From Callorhinchus milii (Eukaryota), in the NCBI RefSeq assembly GCF_018977255.1, contig NW_024704742.1, positions 4,156,001 through 4,220,000 on the forward strand: a stretch of 64,000 nucleotides of DNA. Reading direction: 5' to 3'. The number at the start of each line of letters is the position of its first letter. The stretch's first letter is position 1. This document shows positions 37,036 through 49,650 of this stretch, in pieces. The notes under the pieces were generated by a model. That model was not told the origin of the DNA, did not search any database, and was given only the letters and a program-made list of their open reading frames with translations. A program made the position numbers and the translations under genes.

Positions 37036-38522
37036 GGTGTACAGTAGGAGAAATCGTTGGAATAAATAGTGCGATCCAAAGATGGGTCATGTTTGAATTT
37101 TGTTTTGATCTATCAGCGCAAGATTTCCAGTTTCAATGAAGAGCTTGAAAGGTTTGTGCATAATGGAACAATACTTGCTTGAGAATTTTGCATTTGAGTG
37201 AGAAAACAAATGCAATCTCAATTGAAGGGTGTAAAGTACCGGTGGATTTTAAGGCAAATGGGTTTCATTTGAAGACATGAAAAGAATGCAAAATTTGGGG
37301 AATATATATCTGGTCTTACTATATCCCTGCAGCACTCTCAACATGAACAGGGTATATTAACAGACTAAATTCAGACTAATTTCACAAGCTCTTCTCGAAA
37401 GGCATTTTTCATTGATAATTCTTTGAACGCCGAATAATTTGTTATATCGTTACTTCCCTAATATTTATTTACCTTTGAACACGTTCTCCTGTGACAATGC
37501 AGAACGCAGGAGCCATAGGAAGCACTTTACTGAATTAAAAGAAAGATTTACAAATACTCCATCAATACGATGGAGACGGTAATGGAATAAATAGGCTGGG
37601 TTGTACAAGGAAGTTGCAAAGCAGAAAAATCAACAGTGCAAAGTTGCACTGCTAAACCAGACGAGAACACAAATGAAAATTATAATGGTGGGGGGTAAAA
37701 ATTGAGCTTATGTTTTTTTTCAATTTTCAGCGCAGTTGGAGATAATTGTGCGAGGAATGGTTATATCAGTTTTAGGAGTCCAATGGTTACTTGCTACGAG
37801 GCAGACATGTCAGATATGCTCAGCAGCAATATGTTTTACGATCAAAATATGACTGTACTCCGCAGTTCATTATATATCATTAAAAGAATGACATAAAGTA
37901 AATGAATATTTTAATAAACAATTAGAAGTCCCTTATTTAAACTCTGAACACCAGCAGTGCCTTTGCGGTCTGTGGAGCTGTGGCCCTCCTCTCCTGTCTG
38001 AGCACAATACGTGAGCAGAGTGACAAAGATAAGGTCCGAATCTGTGTGAATATTAAAGCGAACCCTCCAAATGTACTCATAAAAGTCCAAGCTTGTAGAT
38101 TCATATCATATTAGTTCTACGTTTACAGTTACCACAGAGCGAATCAATACTTCTACACGTTCCTACGTTCCTGGAGCCCTTAGAAGGAAAATCCAGGCTT
38201 CTTTGCAGGAATGTACTCCGTGTGTGGTCACTCTTCTTTTTAAAAAAAACACACACACGCACACAGCTGAAATTTGTGAACTTTCCAGCTTCCAAACCAT
38301 CCTCCTCCAGTCAGAAAGTTTTAATTCAGTTTAACACAGCATCGCACTATCAAAAGGAAAGAGTTGATCAAATAATCCAGAATATTTGGTCAGAAGATTA
38401 TTCCATTTACATTTTACTCGCGGAATTGATTCTATAACAGCTTTTTTCAGCTAAATTCTAATCATCCTCCCCGCTTTCCGTTTGTTTCAATGATTCCAAT
38501 AACTAGAGCAACACTCGCGGCA

Positions 38523-38660
38523 GTAATAATAATAATCCTCGCATTTGACATAAGCGCCTTGGCACGGAGTTGAATCACCTCAAGGCGCTTCACAGAATGT
38601 ACCGTGAAGCGAATTGGACTGTGTATTTTGTGGGCGAAAGGCGGCAGCCAATTGCGCACA
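38523..38660 (-). mobile_element. SINE 3' part
   Basis: aataatcctcgcatttg...ggcagccaattgcgcacag. Confidence 0.8.
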
Positions 38661-40991
38661 GATAGTAAAACGTCTAAAATGAGATTTTCTTTTTTCTCCT
38701 GGGGGGCTATTTACGCGAGGACACTTTGCCCCGGAGAAACTGCTCGGTGGCATCTTTTCCTTTTAAAAAAAAACACCTTAACGTAAACAATCTATCAGCA
38801 CGACAACAAACACGGCGAGGGATCCTTACACAAAGTTGGACTGCAGGTGGTAAAGTTAATGCTTTGTCTTCGAGCGCCGATAAGTTGTCAGTAAAAGCAG
38901 GAAGAGAGGCCACCGCTACGGTTTCATAAATCGGGTGCGATTGCCACGAGGCTGGAAAATGAGGGTCACCAAGGTCCACCTTGCGGATGTACAAGTCAAC
39001 AAAGAAACACTGTAGGGCATAGACCAAAAGAATTACAACAAAGTCGCCAAAGGTTTGACAAAAGGAAAACCTTGTGAACAGCTCCAGCTCTAATGAGATT
39101 GAGCAAACACGCTGTGTCTGCTGTCAGCGTCCTCCTTTCATCTCCTTCTTTTTAATACCACCATCAGAGTCAAATTCAAAATTATCTTTTGACAAAGATG
39201 TACGTGTACTCTCAATTTCCACATCGTAAAAAAAAAAACCACGCGCACCGTTCAGTAAATGCTGCAAACCTTCAATTTAAATTTACAGCCGGAGCAAACC
39301 AAAGCAATATGCACTCAACAATTTTAATAACCTATTAAGTTGCGACTTCAATTTCATTTTATGAATATTTTCCTCTGGGAGCATTGCTATCACAAAGAAA
39401 GATAGAATTTTTTAAAAGATAAATAGCGTCATTAATCTGCAACATTTCTTTTCTATTATCTTTCAAAATGAGAGGTTATTTTTGTGCAGATCTTCGTGTA
39501 ATTAGCTCTTTATTCACTAGCCAGAAATGACCATGTTCTGAAAATTAAAAATTTGTCATTAAGCAGAATTTACCATAATGTCATTTATCTTTATATAATT
39601 TATCAGTGACAGCAATAGGTCTGGGAATCCATCAACTCTTACCAGGGCAGAGTTAACAAATTGAAAAATAGAATAATCCGGGTGATCTTCCGTAAGACTT
39701 CGAGCCATTTGGGTAATTAAATAACGGTATTTAAAGTTTTAATTTAGCATTTTCCTCTTTTCATTAAGACCTGAATGAGATGTTAATAATAATAATATAA
39801 AAAGGACTATTAAATATAAAGTTTTTGAATCACTGAGAAACTAGTAGCCTTTTTGTTCCAGTTGAGTATTTGCTTTGGCTTATTGGACCACAAATTTAAA
39901 CTGCTAAAGTTGAAATCTCCCTCTACCTTTCGCAGAATAATTGATGGGAGAAAAAAGCATAGGAAACACTTACTCCGATAAAACAATGCTGAATGAGAAA
40001 ATAATCAGGAACATAAATGGCAACTCATTTCCATGCAGTTGACCTTCTCTCTCAAACACGCTGAACTCTTACAGCATAGAAATGGTGAAGAGCGAGACAT
40101 GACAATCATTGTTCCATTCAAGATGCGATAACATTAAAGTTAAATAAAAGGCACAATAAATATTAGCAGCAAACACACAAGAGTATTTAGGTGAGACTCA
40201 ATGANTTTTTTAAATATTGTAATTCTCCACGAGCGTGAATTTCTTCACGGCTTTAAGACGGCATCAAAACGTGTTAAAGCATTCAGAATTTGGGATAAAA
40301 ACCTATTGCTTAACCCATCGAAGGCTGAATGCCTGACATGCAATTCTAAGCATACTAGTTTGCGGGTTGCAAGGGACACGCTACTTCAAAAATTTTGAGA
40401 ACTTTAAGTTTCCTGGGAAGATTTTAAAACCCATTAAAATAAAATAAGTTGAACCGCAAAGGAGTGAAGTGTGAAATACTGCAGGCAAGAAATACTGGAC
40501 TGGCCAAATCTCTGGAAAGAATTTCGGATTCTTTGTCAATTAATCTACAGGAACACATCCCAATCAATACTTCTACACATCATCATCACTTGGTGAAGGA
40601 GACAGTTGAAAGATAGTCACAATTGGTGCAAAGCTAAGTAAAATATAACAGACTATCTTTATTAAATTATGGCCTTATAATGAATCTCACATATCCGGAT
40701 CAATATCCAACATTATCTGGCTGTTAATTACAATTTCTCTGCGGTGCAAGAGAAGCTGGCCGTAACTATTGGTAATGTATCAAACAGCTTCACAAGCAAA
40801 TTGACAGAAAAAAGGTCAGCCTCACATTTACAATATCTTGCAGGAATGGGTTTTTTCATCACTAACTCAAATATTTTTAGGAGTCAATTTTCTGTTGTAT
40901 TATGTCACAAATGTAGAAAATACAGAAAATAAAATGTGCAATTCTCAGGTCACAGATCTAGTCTAAAATAGCTGTAGAGTATTAGTACTTA

Positions 40992-41262
40992 GTAATAATA
41001 ATAATCCTCGCATTTGATATAGCGCCTTATCACATCTTCGAGACGTCTCAAAGAGCTTCACAGAATATACTGTAAAGTGAATTGATTGTATATTCTGTGG
41101 GCAAAACGCGGCAGCCAATTGCGCAGAGCAGCGTCCCACAAACAGTCGTGGACCGAGTGATCTATTTATTTGTTTGTTTGTTTATTCAAGGAATGTATTA
41201 CCCCCAGAAAACAATCCGCCAATAGTCTAACAACCGGGTTCCTACTTAGCGCTAGGTAAACA
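40992..41262 (-). mobile_element. SINE lacking its head
   Basis: Tail and body through ccgggttcctactt...ctaggtaaaca. Confidence 0.88.
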
Positions 41263-42829
41263 AATTACAAATTACTTTTGTTGATAGATTGCTGAACTTC
41301 TCATTTCAGACGAAGAACGTCTGCGTTAATGTGACTTTTCTGCACCTTCATCAATAAACTCATCAATAAAAAAATATAACTCCACCCACAGCATTAAAGG
41401 AACGGCAACACTTGTTTTCTGTGCGCCTCAACTGTATGTCATTGTCTAAAATAATCATTTAATTTTGGAGAACATTAAAGGTCATAGAAAGTAGAGCCCA
41501 TTTGAAAATGAAATCGTGTACCTCTGTATCATACAGTATAACAAATAAATAAGAGATTTTTAAAGGCACTATTTACCAATTTTCAGCAGAAATGTTATAT
41601 TTGGTGAAAATTGATCGGTAAAAAAACTATTTTCTGAAAAAATGCATTCTCTTAATTAAGTTTCAGCTTTTATTTTAAGGTTCCTGGGATGTGCCAGGTA
41701 CAGCTCTGCTAACTGAGGAGCAAACTATGCCCTCACGGCTGATGTCTGAACCTCTGTGCACTTGTAAGATGCTCACATGAGAACAAGGCTCTTGTTTCAC
41801 GAACTGTTTGTGGAAACCCGAGTGAGTTACCTGGCGAGAATCACTCGCATTTATTGCTAGCCATCTGAGAGCGAAGAAACTGCTTGGCAATGTACTGTGA
41901 AGCATGTTGAGCTGCTCTCAGTTCATGGCTAACACGGGCAGCAAACATTTGAAGATTCTGGTGTTACAAAATATATTTCGCCTGCTACAGATTTTCACCA
42001 AATCGAATCCATTTTTTTAAAATAATTTTCTTTTAAAAACCTGAAATACCATGCCATTTTGCGGCATAATAGATCCTGAAAACACCCGAAAAATACACTT
42101 TCATGTGGATATAAAAAATAAGCTTTCAGGGTCCCTTAGTTTTCCGTGTGCCTAAACTGTATTTAATTGTCTAAAATATTCATTTAGTTTGTGTCCTCAG
42201 AAATGAAAGAACAAATGATTCCGTTAAGTTACTGCTCAAGTTCCAGCTCTGCTTGCACTCAAATATGAAGCAGATGCTAACATTTTTAGAACTACTTTCA
42301 CGTGAATGGTAATGCAATAATCTGGAATAGAGAATTTAGCACTGATCGAAATATTATAATAAAATATTAGGTTCACAGGTCATTTTCCAAAATGGGTCCA
42401 AAATGAATAATTATCAGTATTATTCACATTTGTACCCAGATTTATTTATTGTGTTTTTAATATGTGAATACACGAATGGAAGTGTAGCCATAAATATAGA
42501 ATTATCATCATTTTAAGAACTGAATTTAAGCTCCTTATTTCTATTTTATCTTTCACTATTCTGACGAGCACATTTTCTCTACATTTCTTTCCCTCCATCC
42601 CCACACCATGCACGATTCTGACAGGATCAGAATTATACTAATCTAACTACTTATACTACTAATTATACTACTTATACTAATCTAACAGTGCTCTATAACC
42701 AGCTTCCAGTGGGTGTGAAAGTTGACTCAACTTCTAAATTCTTCCTTCTCCCTGGCCCCTGAATATTCATTTGTTCTCATCGCCTCCTTAAAACTACCGT
42801 ATGATGAATATTCAGTGTGAATTTTAACT

Positions 42830-43121
42830 CGTCTCCCCTCGGCTGGCTCTGGCCTCCTGTGTTACCTCTTCCCCTCCACTCCACCATCAGCGGCTGCATT
42901 TTTCAGCCTCTATACCCTAAAGCTCGGGAACTCTCTCCCCCAAACCCTCCACCCTGCCCCCTCCTTCCCCTCTTTCAGATCACGACTGAAGACCTTCCTC
43001 TTTGACCGTGCTTACGGTCAGACCCTTCCTCCCCCTGGCTCGGCAGCAGGCTCCGCCACTGTTAAGCGCCCTGAGACTTCGCCACGTGTGAAGGGCGCTG
43101 TATAAATGCAAGTTGTTGTTA
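42830..43121 (+). mobile_element. L2 LINE 3' end
   Basis: Similar to 34300-34575; ends aagggcgctgtataaatgcaagttgttg. Confidence 0.78.
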
Positions 43122-43734
43122 TTTCATTCGAACTTTAATCCTGACACGCTGAGGTTTTTCATTTTCATTAGATATCATTGTGGCAATTCTTTAGCCTGAA
43201 TATCATTTTTCTGTGAAGCGCTTTGAGACATCTCAAAGACACGATTTTACTGCAAACAGCAATAACATTTTGTGTGCAGTGTCCTTTTCAGCGACATCAT
43301 AAATGAGGAGTGGAATTTACTTCAGGCGTAGTGGACTCGGGCTTTGTGAATATTTGGGATCACTCATTAAATTGTCTCTGGGATCTGATGTGCTATTCGG
43401 TGATCTTAAAATTCATTTCAACTTAAAGGGGAATTTAAACACAAGTCACCGTTGAGCAATAATTCTGCCTGAAGCCGAGTACTGATCATATTTGGCTTTA
43501 AAATCGTGTATAGAGTTTCATAACCTGATGTGGGAATTATTATGTTATTGACAGGATTGGGCAGCAAGCCACTTCTTTCACTGCAGGAGAAATCCTAAGC
43601 AAACACTTGCGCAAGTATTCTTACAGCATAAACCCAGGAATAAGAAATACAGGTGCTCAGATATCTCCCTCAAGAATATTCAGGATTAGGCAGAGATTCA
43701 TGAGGAAATTTGTTCTTCTCTCTCAAGAAAGGTA

Positions 43735-43950
43735 CCTTCCTCGGTAGCACTCTCACCTCCGAGTCAGAAGGTTGTGGGTTCAAGCCCCACGTCAGGAGTT
43801 TGAGCTCACAGTCTTGGCCGACACTCCAATACAGCGCTGGGGGAGGTGTCGTCCTTCGGATGAGACATTGAATGAGTTCCCAATCTGCCTGATCAGGTGA
43901 ACGTTAAAGATCCCATGGTACTATTCAAAAGGAAAAGGGAGTTTTCCACA
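43735..43950 (+). mobile_element. Deu-domain SINE 5' half
   Basis: ggtagcactctcacctccgagtcagaaggttgtgggttcaagcccc...aaagatcccatggtactattc. Confidence 0.8.
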
Positions 43951-43979
43951 GCCTCCTCCACAGCCCTGAGATTGTCTAC

Positions 43980-44170
43980 GTCTCTCTCCTCTGTGTGTCT
44001 GTGTGGGTCTCTCTCTCCTTTGTGTGTGTGTGTGTGTCTCTTCTCTGTCTGTGAGTGTGTCTCGCTCTGTGACTGTGTGTGTCTCTCTGTGTGTCTATGA
44101 GTATGTGTGTGTGTTTGTGTCTCTCTCTCTCTCCGTCTCTCTCTGTGTGGGTGGGTGTGCGACTGTGTGT
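43980..44170. repeat. Compound (TC)n/(TG)n low-complexity tract
   Basis: Read directly from the sequence. Confidence 0.9.
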
Positions 44171-44333
44171 GGTCTCGGACCGCGAGGGGTAGGAGGTGGT
44201 GGCCAGGAGCCACGGAGTTAGGATGCTGGCGAGCATGGCTGGTGTTTGTCGGATCTCTTGGCCTTCAAACGTAGTCGGGTGGAAAGGAGCCATTCGGCAC
44301 TTTGAGCCTGCGCTGGTGGTTTCTCACCAAAAG

Positions 44334-44901
44334 AGTCTGCAGTTTGTATTTCCCAACATAGACGTCGCTTTATGATTTTTTTGGACGCTGCCAGTAACTA
44401 ACGCTGGAGGCAAAGGCTCATTTTCAAAACTGGCGCTAATCAAACATCGACTCAGGTCAACTGTGGACCAGCAAAGATTGAATAACTTAACATTCACGTC
44501 AACCGAGTGTGACTTGCTTCGCCAGCTGGATTTCAATGACATCATTGAAGACTCTTCAGCCATGAAGAGTTGGAAGAAACTGATTCAACAACTTTTCTTT
44601 ATGTAAAGCCCTTTGATTTTATCCTTAACATCACTAAGTGCGTTAGGGCTGCCAGTTTGGGCTGAAATTAATATGGTTTTTTTGTTTTGTTCGTTTTCAA
44701 CTTTGATTCAGCTTTACGATTGCTATGTCACATTTAAAAGAAACAAACTGAAATAACCACGGTAAATTAACAATAAAGTCTTTGGCATCACCAAAGGCGG
44801 TGGGTGGTGGTAAAACAGTAAAGGGAAGGAATTCAACATGCAAAGAGGGTTCCCCCAAACTACAATAGCCCTGAGCAACCATCACGCTTAATCTGACCCT
44901 G
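44334..44901 (+). mobile_element. hAT (Tip100-like) transposon 3' remnant: transposase dimerisation domain and right terminus
   Basis: 44334-44606 translates FPNIDVAL*FFWTLPVTNAGGKGSFSKLALIKHRLRSTVDQQRLNNLTFTSTECDLLRQLDFNDIIED. The end ttaatctgaccctg resembles a CAGGGCCGGATTAA-type TIR. Confidence 0.85.
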
Positions 44902-45099
44902 AGGAAGAGGGTTCCCAGTCTCATGGTCGTTTAGAAGTGTTCAACAAGTCTGATCTCCAGTGTCGCAAATAGATAAGAATGATACTCTTAAAATCTCAGA
45001 TGACACATCTCAATGATTCGTATTGACTTATGTAAAATGCTAATTGGAACAGAGAAAGTAAACTCAATACAACACGACTAGATAGATCAAAGTAACAGA

Positions 45100-45235
45100 A
45101 AAAGAAGGCACAGGTTCAGGAATGTGAAGCCAATTTTAGGACAGCTAGAATAAGCTACCAGTGAGGGTGGTCAAGGCCAGAACACTATTCATTTAAGAAA
45201 CAACTTCATGTGGTAATGGGAAGAAGGTAGAATGG
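45100..45235 (+). mobile_element. Degraded CR1 3' fragment
   Basis: aagctaccagtgagggtggtcaaggcc...catttaagaaacaact. Confidence 0.45.
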
Positions 45236-45413
45236 ATATTCTGAAAAGAATTCAAATGAATTTAGATTTGAAGTAGCTGCATTATTTAATGCTATTTGTG
45301 GTTTTGTAATATTTGCTACAAAGAATTATCAAAATATGTATTCTCCCTTTTAGTGGGGATATTGAGAGATTAGGAAAATGTGGAGAAACACAAGACGATG
45401 AATAGACACGTAA

Positions 45414-45524
45414 GTAATAATAATCCTTCCATTTGATATAACACTTCAGCACATCGCTGAGATATCTCAAAGCACTTCCCAGGATATATTGTGAAATGGA
45501 TTGACTTTGTATTTTGTGGGCGAA
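45414..45524 (-). mobile_element. SINE tail
   Basis: aataatccttccatttgatata...tattttgtgggcgaa. Confidence 0.75.
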
Positions 45525-47454
45525 CAAACAACGACTGTTTCTGGTACGATACCTTTGGAAGAACATTCAAATCCTTACTACAAAATTTCTGGTGCATTTC
45601 AGAGGCTCACTTTCAGAGTCGAACGTTTAAAGTTTGAAGGTGTAAAAATTGCTGCAATACTAGTGCTAAAGCATCAGCAGAATCACATTCTGAAAACAAC
45701 TGGCAGGTTCGTTATGAAAAGATAATTTTTTTAAAGGTTTAATTTATTCTGAAGCCCCCCCAGGTCGGATCAGAAGCAGGGTTAATTTCACACCTGTGAT
45801 ATCAAAAGCATGTCTTGTATTAAAGCCTTGTGTGAGAAATCACACTGCTGCAATTCAATGCTGAAATGGATTTCAAACTATCCTGGAAACTGGCACGACT
45901 CCAATTGTTCAAACTACACACCCAATTATATAAATCTCACAAACTACGACTGAATCACAGCATTGTGCACTGAGGGTTAAATCCAACCTTTTTGTTATGA
46001 TGAATATAATTTACAACTAAGATGAAGTATTATTCAGATACCCACAGGAGGTCCCAATACATTATGGGAAAGCTGAACAATTTTGGTTGTTTTTTTTTTC
46101 TTCTTACAATGATAGAACTTACAGAACTCCATCCATTAGCCTGGCTGAGAAATGACAAAAATCACTCATCTGGGACAAGCAAGACGGAGTGACAGGCAGC
46201 TCTGCCACTGAGTGACTGCGCTGCCCTCTGTTCAATTTAAAATGTAAAACTAACAAAAGGATGCAAATCAAGCTCGCGAGTTGTCATTTATTCTCTTTTT
46301 AACCACAACTTCTTTACCAGAGAGTTCCATCTCTTTCCGAGGCTCTGCACTTGACTTACATCCTCGCCGAACGAACATCAAAAACGTACCTTTCTGAGAT
46401 TCAATTTATTATTGCTTCAAATGGAATTCTATATTCCTGAATGTCAGGAATCACAATAGTTGCAAAGAGAGATTATCTCTGTCTATTGGCTATCACTTTT
46501 TTTTACTGTATTTTAATGCTTTAAAAATGCTAGCGAGGAGCAGCCTACTCGCAGACTCTTTGAATAGAACGAGCCGATTGAAACATTCCTCACAGTGGTA
46601 TGAATGGGAACGGTTTCTGCGGAAAGCACTCTTTGTGATATTACGTTGCTGAAGTTCTACACAAAAGAGCCACCTTACTTACATTTTTGCTGGGTTTTTC
46701 CTCATTCTCTGCATGCAAATTTTCTTCCACATACATATACAAGATTTATGTCCAGTGGAAGGTGTTGGGTGGTTGGAGAAATCACTGGGATGAGGTAATT
46801 TAAAAGCCTTTGCCTGCTATTGCATAGCAAGAGCCAGATGATCTTGTCCTGCTACAATGCTGTACACGAATTAGGACCCCAGAGCAATCCTCCATTTACA
46901 ATGAAAGAGGCCTACAGGGTAAATTATGCTCCTACAAAAAATTTTCAAACGTTAACAGTTAATATTCCCAATCAAAGAGAAAATCAGTGGACCTGGAGTA
47001 TGGGCATTTCATTTGTGGAGTTTTTGTTTGGTCAGCCGGGTGTCTGACGCATGCAGAAGCTCATCGCCGTTGCTTAAGAGTTTCCAAACCAAGTTGAGAA
47101 TTCCATGCATCCCACCTACACATCCCAGAGGTAGATTGTTGGAATGGGATGCGCTCTCTCTCCCTGGAGGGATGCATCCTGCTTACCTATTTCCGGGAAG
47201 TATTAGGCCCAGATTGGTAAGAACCAAGGCTTGGGGACCCCAAAGTGTATGTTGGGGTAACTGCTGGTGTCTGACCAGCTAAAAACCGCACAGGTGCTAT
47301 TGATAGCACTCTCTGGCAAGCTTTCCCGCTGCGTGTCCAGCTAGGACCACCCCACCCATTAGGGCTTTGACTTAACAGGAGCTGATTAGCCGAGGCATGG
47401 CTAATCCTTAGAATCACTTGAATATAATAAGAATTAAGGCTTTCACTTAAATAT

Positions 47455-47516
47455 AACAATAATAATCCTTGCATCTGATATAGCATCTTATCATGTCTTC
47501 GAGACGTCTCAAAGCT
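47455..47516 (-). mobile_element. SINE tail
   Basis: aataatccttgcatctgatatagc...gagacgtctcaaagc. Confidence 0.8.
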
Positions 47517-47539
47517 AAATGTAGATCCATAGATTGTTT

Positions 47540-47780
47540 GTACGACCAGGATTTTGACATTAGCGAAAGAGATGTTCTAGACTGGCTCAAAGGATTGAAA
47601 ATCAATAAATCCCCTGTACAGATGAACTCTACCCCAGGGTACTTAGACAAGACAGGAGATTTGTGAGGCGCTGACAGAAAATTTGACCGAGTCAATCAAC
47701 AGCAGAAGAAGTTCTGACAGACTGAAAACAAGCAAATGTGGTTTCCATATCCGAGAATGGCAAGTCATGCCTGGCAATTG
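47540..47780 (+). mobile_element. CR1 ORF2 (reverse transcriptase N-terminal) fragment
   Basis: Frameshifted pieces DVLDWLKGLKINKSP / DELYPRVL / EICEALTE / KQANVVSI / GKSCL. Confidence 0.75.
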
Positions 47781-47840
47781 AAGCTATTTTCAGGGGATAA
47801 CTTGCTTATTTAAACATTGCCATTTGCTGAGCATTAATCA

Positions 47841-48192
47841 GTGGAGTCCTGTAGCATAGTGGTTAGAGCACTCGCCTCGCAGCGAGAGGACCCGGGTTTG
47901 ATTCCTTACGCCACACGCCTCTGTTTATCGAGCAGTAAGAAAGAACCCTGTTGTTAGTCGATTGGTGAATCACTTTACTGGGGGCAATAATCCCTTCAAA
48001 AAAAAATTACAAAAATAATAATTTGGTCACTTCAATCCACGACTGTTTGTGGGACACTGCTGTGCGCAATTGTCTGCTGTGTTTCACCCACAAAACATCC
48101 AGTCAGTTCACTCTACGGTATATCCTGTGAAGCGGTTTGAGACGTCTCACAGACTTAATAAGGCGCTATATCAAATGCAAGGATTATTATAT
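47841..48192 (+). mobile_element. Near full-length tRNA/CORE SINE
   Basis: gtggagtcctgtagcatagtggttagagcactcgcc through to the family tail. Confidence 0.9.
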
Positions 48193-48329
48193 ATACTATA
48201 TATATATACACACACACATATAGTAAAAAAAGGACTATTTACTCCATGGATGGACTAGAACTTAGGTTGGGAAGAACAAAAAAATCTGGAGATGTTCGTC
48301 AGTCACCGTGGCCAAAGTGAGGCATCGGG

Positions 48330-48410
48330 CTCCACCACTGTCAAGCGCTCCGAGACACAGTACGGTGTGAAGTGGGCTATATAAATGCAAGCTGCTGCTG
48401 TTGTTGTTGA
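48330..48410 (+). mobile_element. L2-type 3' tail
   Basis: aagcgctccgagac...gctatataaatgcaagctgctgctgttg. Confidence 0.7.
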
Positions 48411-48489
48411 GGCAGCAATAAACCAGACAAATGGGATATTGAAAATCTTTGATAAATCAGGAAAGTTATGACACTTGGAAATATACTAC

Positions 48490-48940
48490 AGGGCTCATTT
48501 GACTGCACCACAAGGACTCTGCAAAGGCAATAGAGAGTGATGTAATACAGCTGATCCCGTTTCATTCTCCTGTTCACCTCCTCTGCTCAGCAAACGTAAG
48601 GCATCTGCAAATGCCAGGAATATTATTATTATTATTATCTCCTCATCAGAAACTGAGTGTTCAGCTATTAACCCCTTATCCTGAGAAACTCCCTCCTTGA
48701 ACCCCCCGCTCCTATTCTGTCTGGTCACAGCGAGAGCCAAGTAATAAACGATCATGGAAGCTGCAGTTTACTGTGGAAATATTCATTTTATGAAATGAGT
48801 CATTTTCCCTCACACTTTTGGGGAACCCGTGCGCAAAACAATGACTCAGAATCCCCTTGGGATCAATGAACTATACCCAGCTGCGGTATTTCTGCTTACA
48901 CCAAATGTGACAATGTTATTTCCATTAAACAGCAAGCCCG
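48490..48940. promoter_or_regulatory. Candidate lymphoid-type enhancer
   Basis: Clustered AICE2, AP-1, EBF, RUNX and E-box motifs in mostly repeat-free sequence. Confidence 0.35.
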
Positions 48941-49535
48941 GGTGTAGGTGGGGGGGGGGGGTGGGGCGAGATGCACAGTGGTCAATAATGGCCTGTGTTG
49001 GAAATATTTCTATTTACCCGATTTGAAATCATGTAAATAAAACAAATAATGTGAGATGTGATTTATGTCCTGTTCACGGCAAATGCCATAAATCTATCGA
49101 GCATTTGCTGCTTGTGAATTTTTGGAACCACTGACCTTATTCAGAAGTTATCAGGTCAGCCTCAGGATGCACTTTAAACCATATTGGTCATCTCAATCCT
49201 CTATATGTAATAGAGTACAGGATAGCTACGAATTTCTTTCACGGCGTGCCAATGTAACTACAGTGTTATATACTGGAAACTACACTGGAAATAATCCTGC
49301 TACTCAGTATTCCAGGCACAGCTACACAATCATTTAATAGCCATCAGTTATTTTGATATGTCAGATATATTTTGATATGACAGATCAAAAGAGTTTACAA
49401 ATAAAAAGAGAACCCAAATCAGAATTAAGCTGTTCCTTAGATGTTCTGGCCTCTGCCACAACTTTCAGAGCAACACAAGATACGGGATCAACATTCAATG
49501 ACTGTGCTCTAATCAATCGAGCAAATGAATGAGTG

Positions 49536-49650
49536 CACAACAACAACAACAACTTGGGTTTATATAGCGCCCTCCACGCCGGACGGCGTCTCAGAGCGCT
49601 TCCCAGTAACGGATCCCGGGACCGGGCCGGGGGGAGGGGAGGAAGGTAAG
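49536..49650 (-). mobile_element. L2-type 3' tail
   Basis: (CAA)n-cttgggtttatatagcgccctccacg...agagcgctt. Confidence 0.7.

Noticed and set aside
40205..40205. Single N base
   Set aside because: Assembly ambiguity, not biology.
38142..40578. Exact 17-mer aatcaatacttctacac at 38142 and 40562
   Set aside because: The flanks do not extend, and one such match in 64 kb of AT-rich DNA is plausible by chance.
42759..42816. 12-bp inverted repeat ctgaatattcat/atgaatattcag near an L2 5' junction
   Set aside because: The arms are short with a self-palindromic core and a long loop, too weak to count among the fold-back hairpins.
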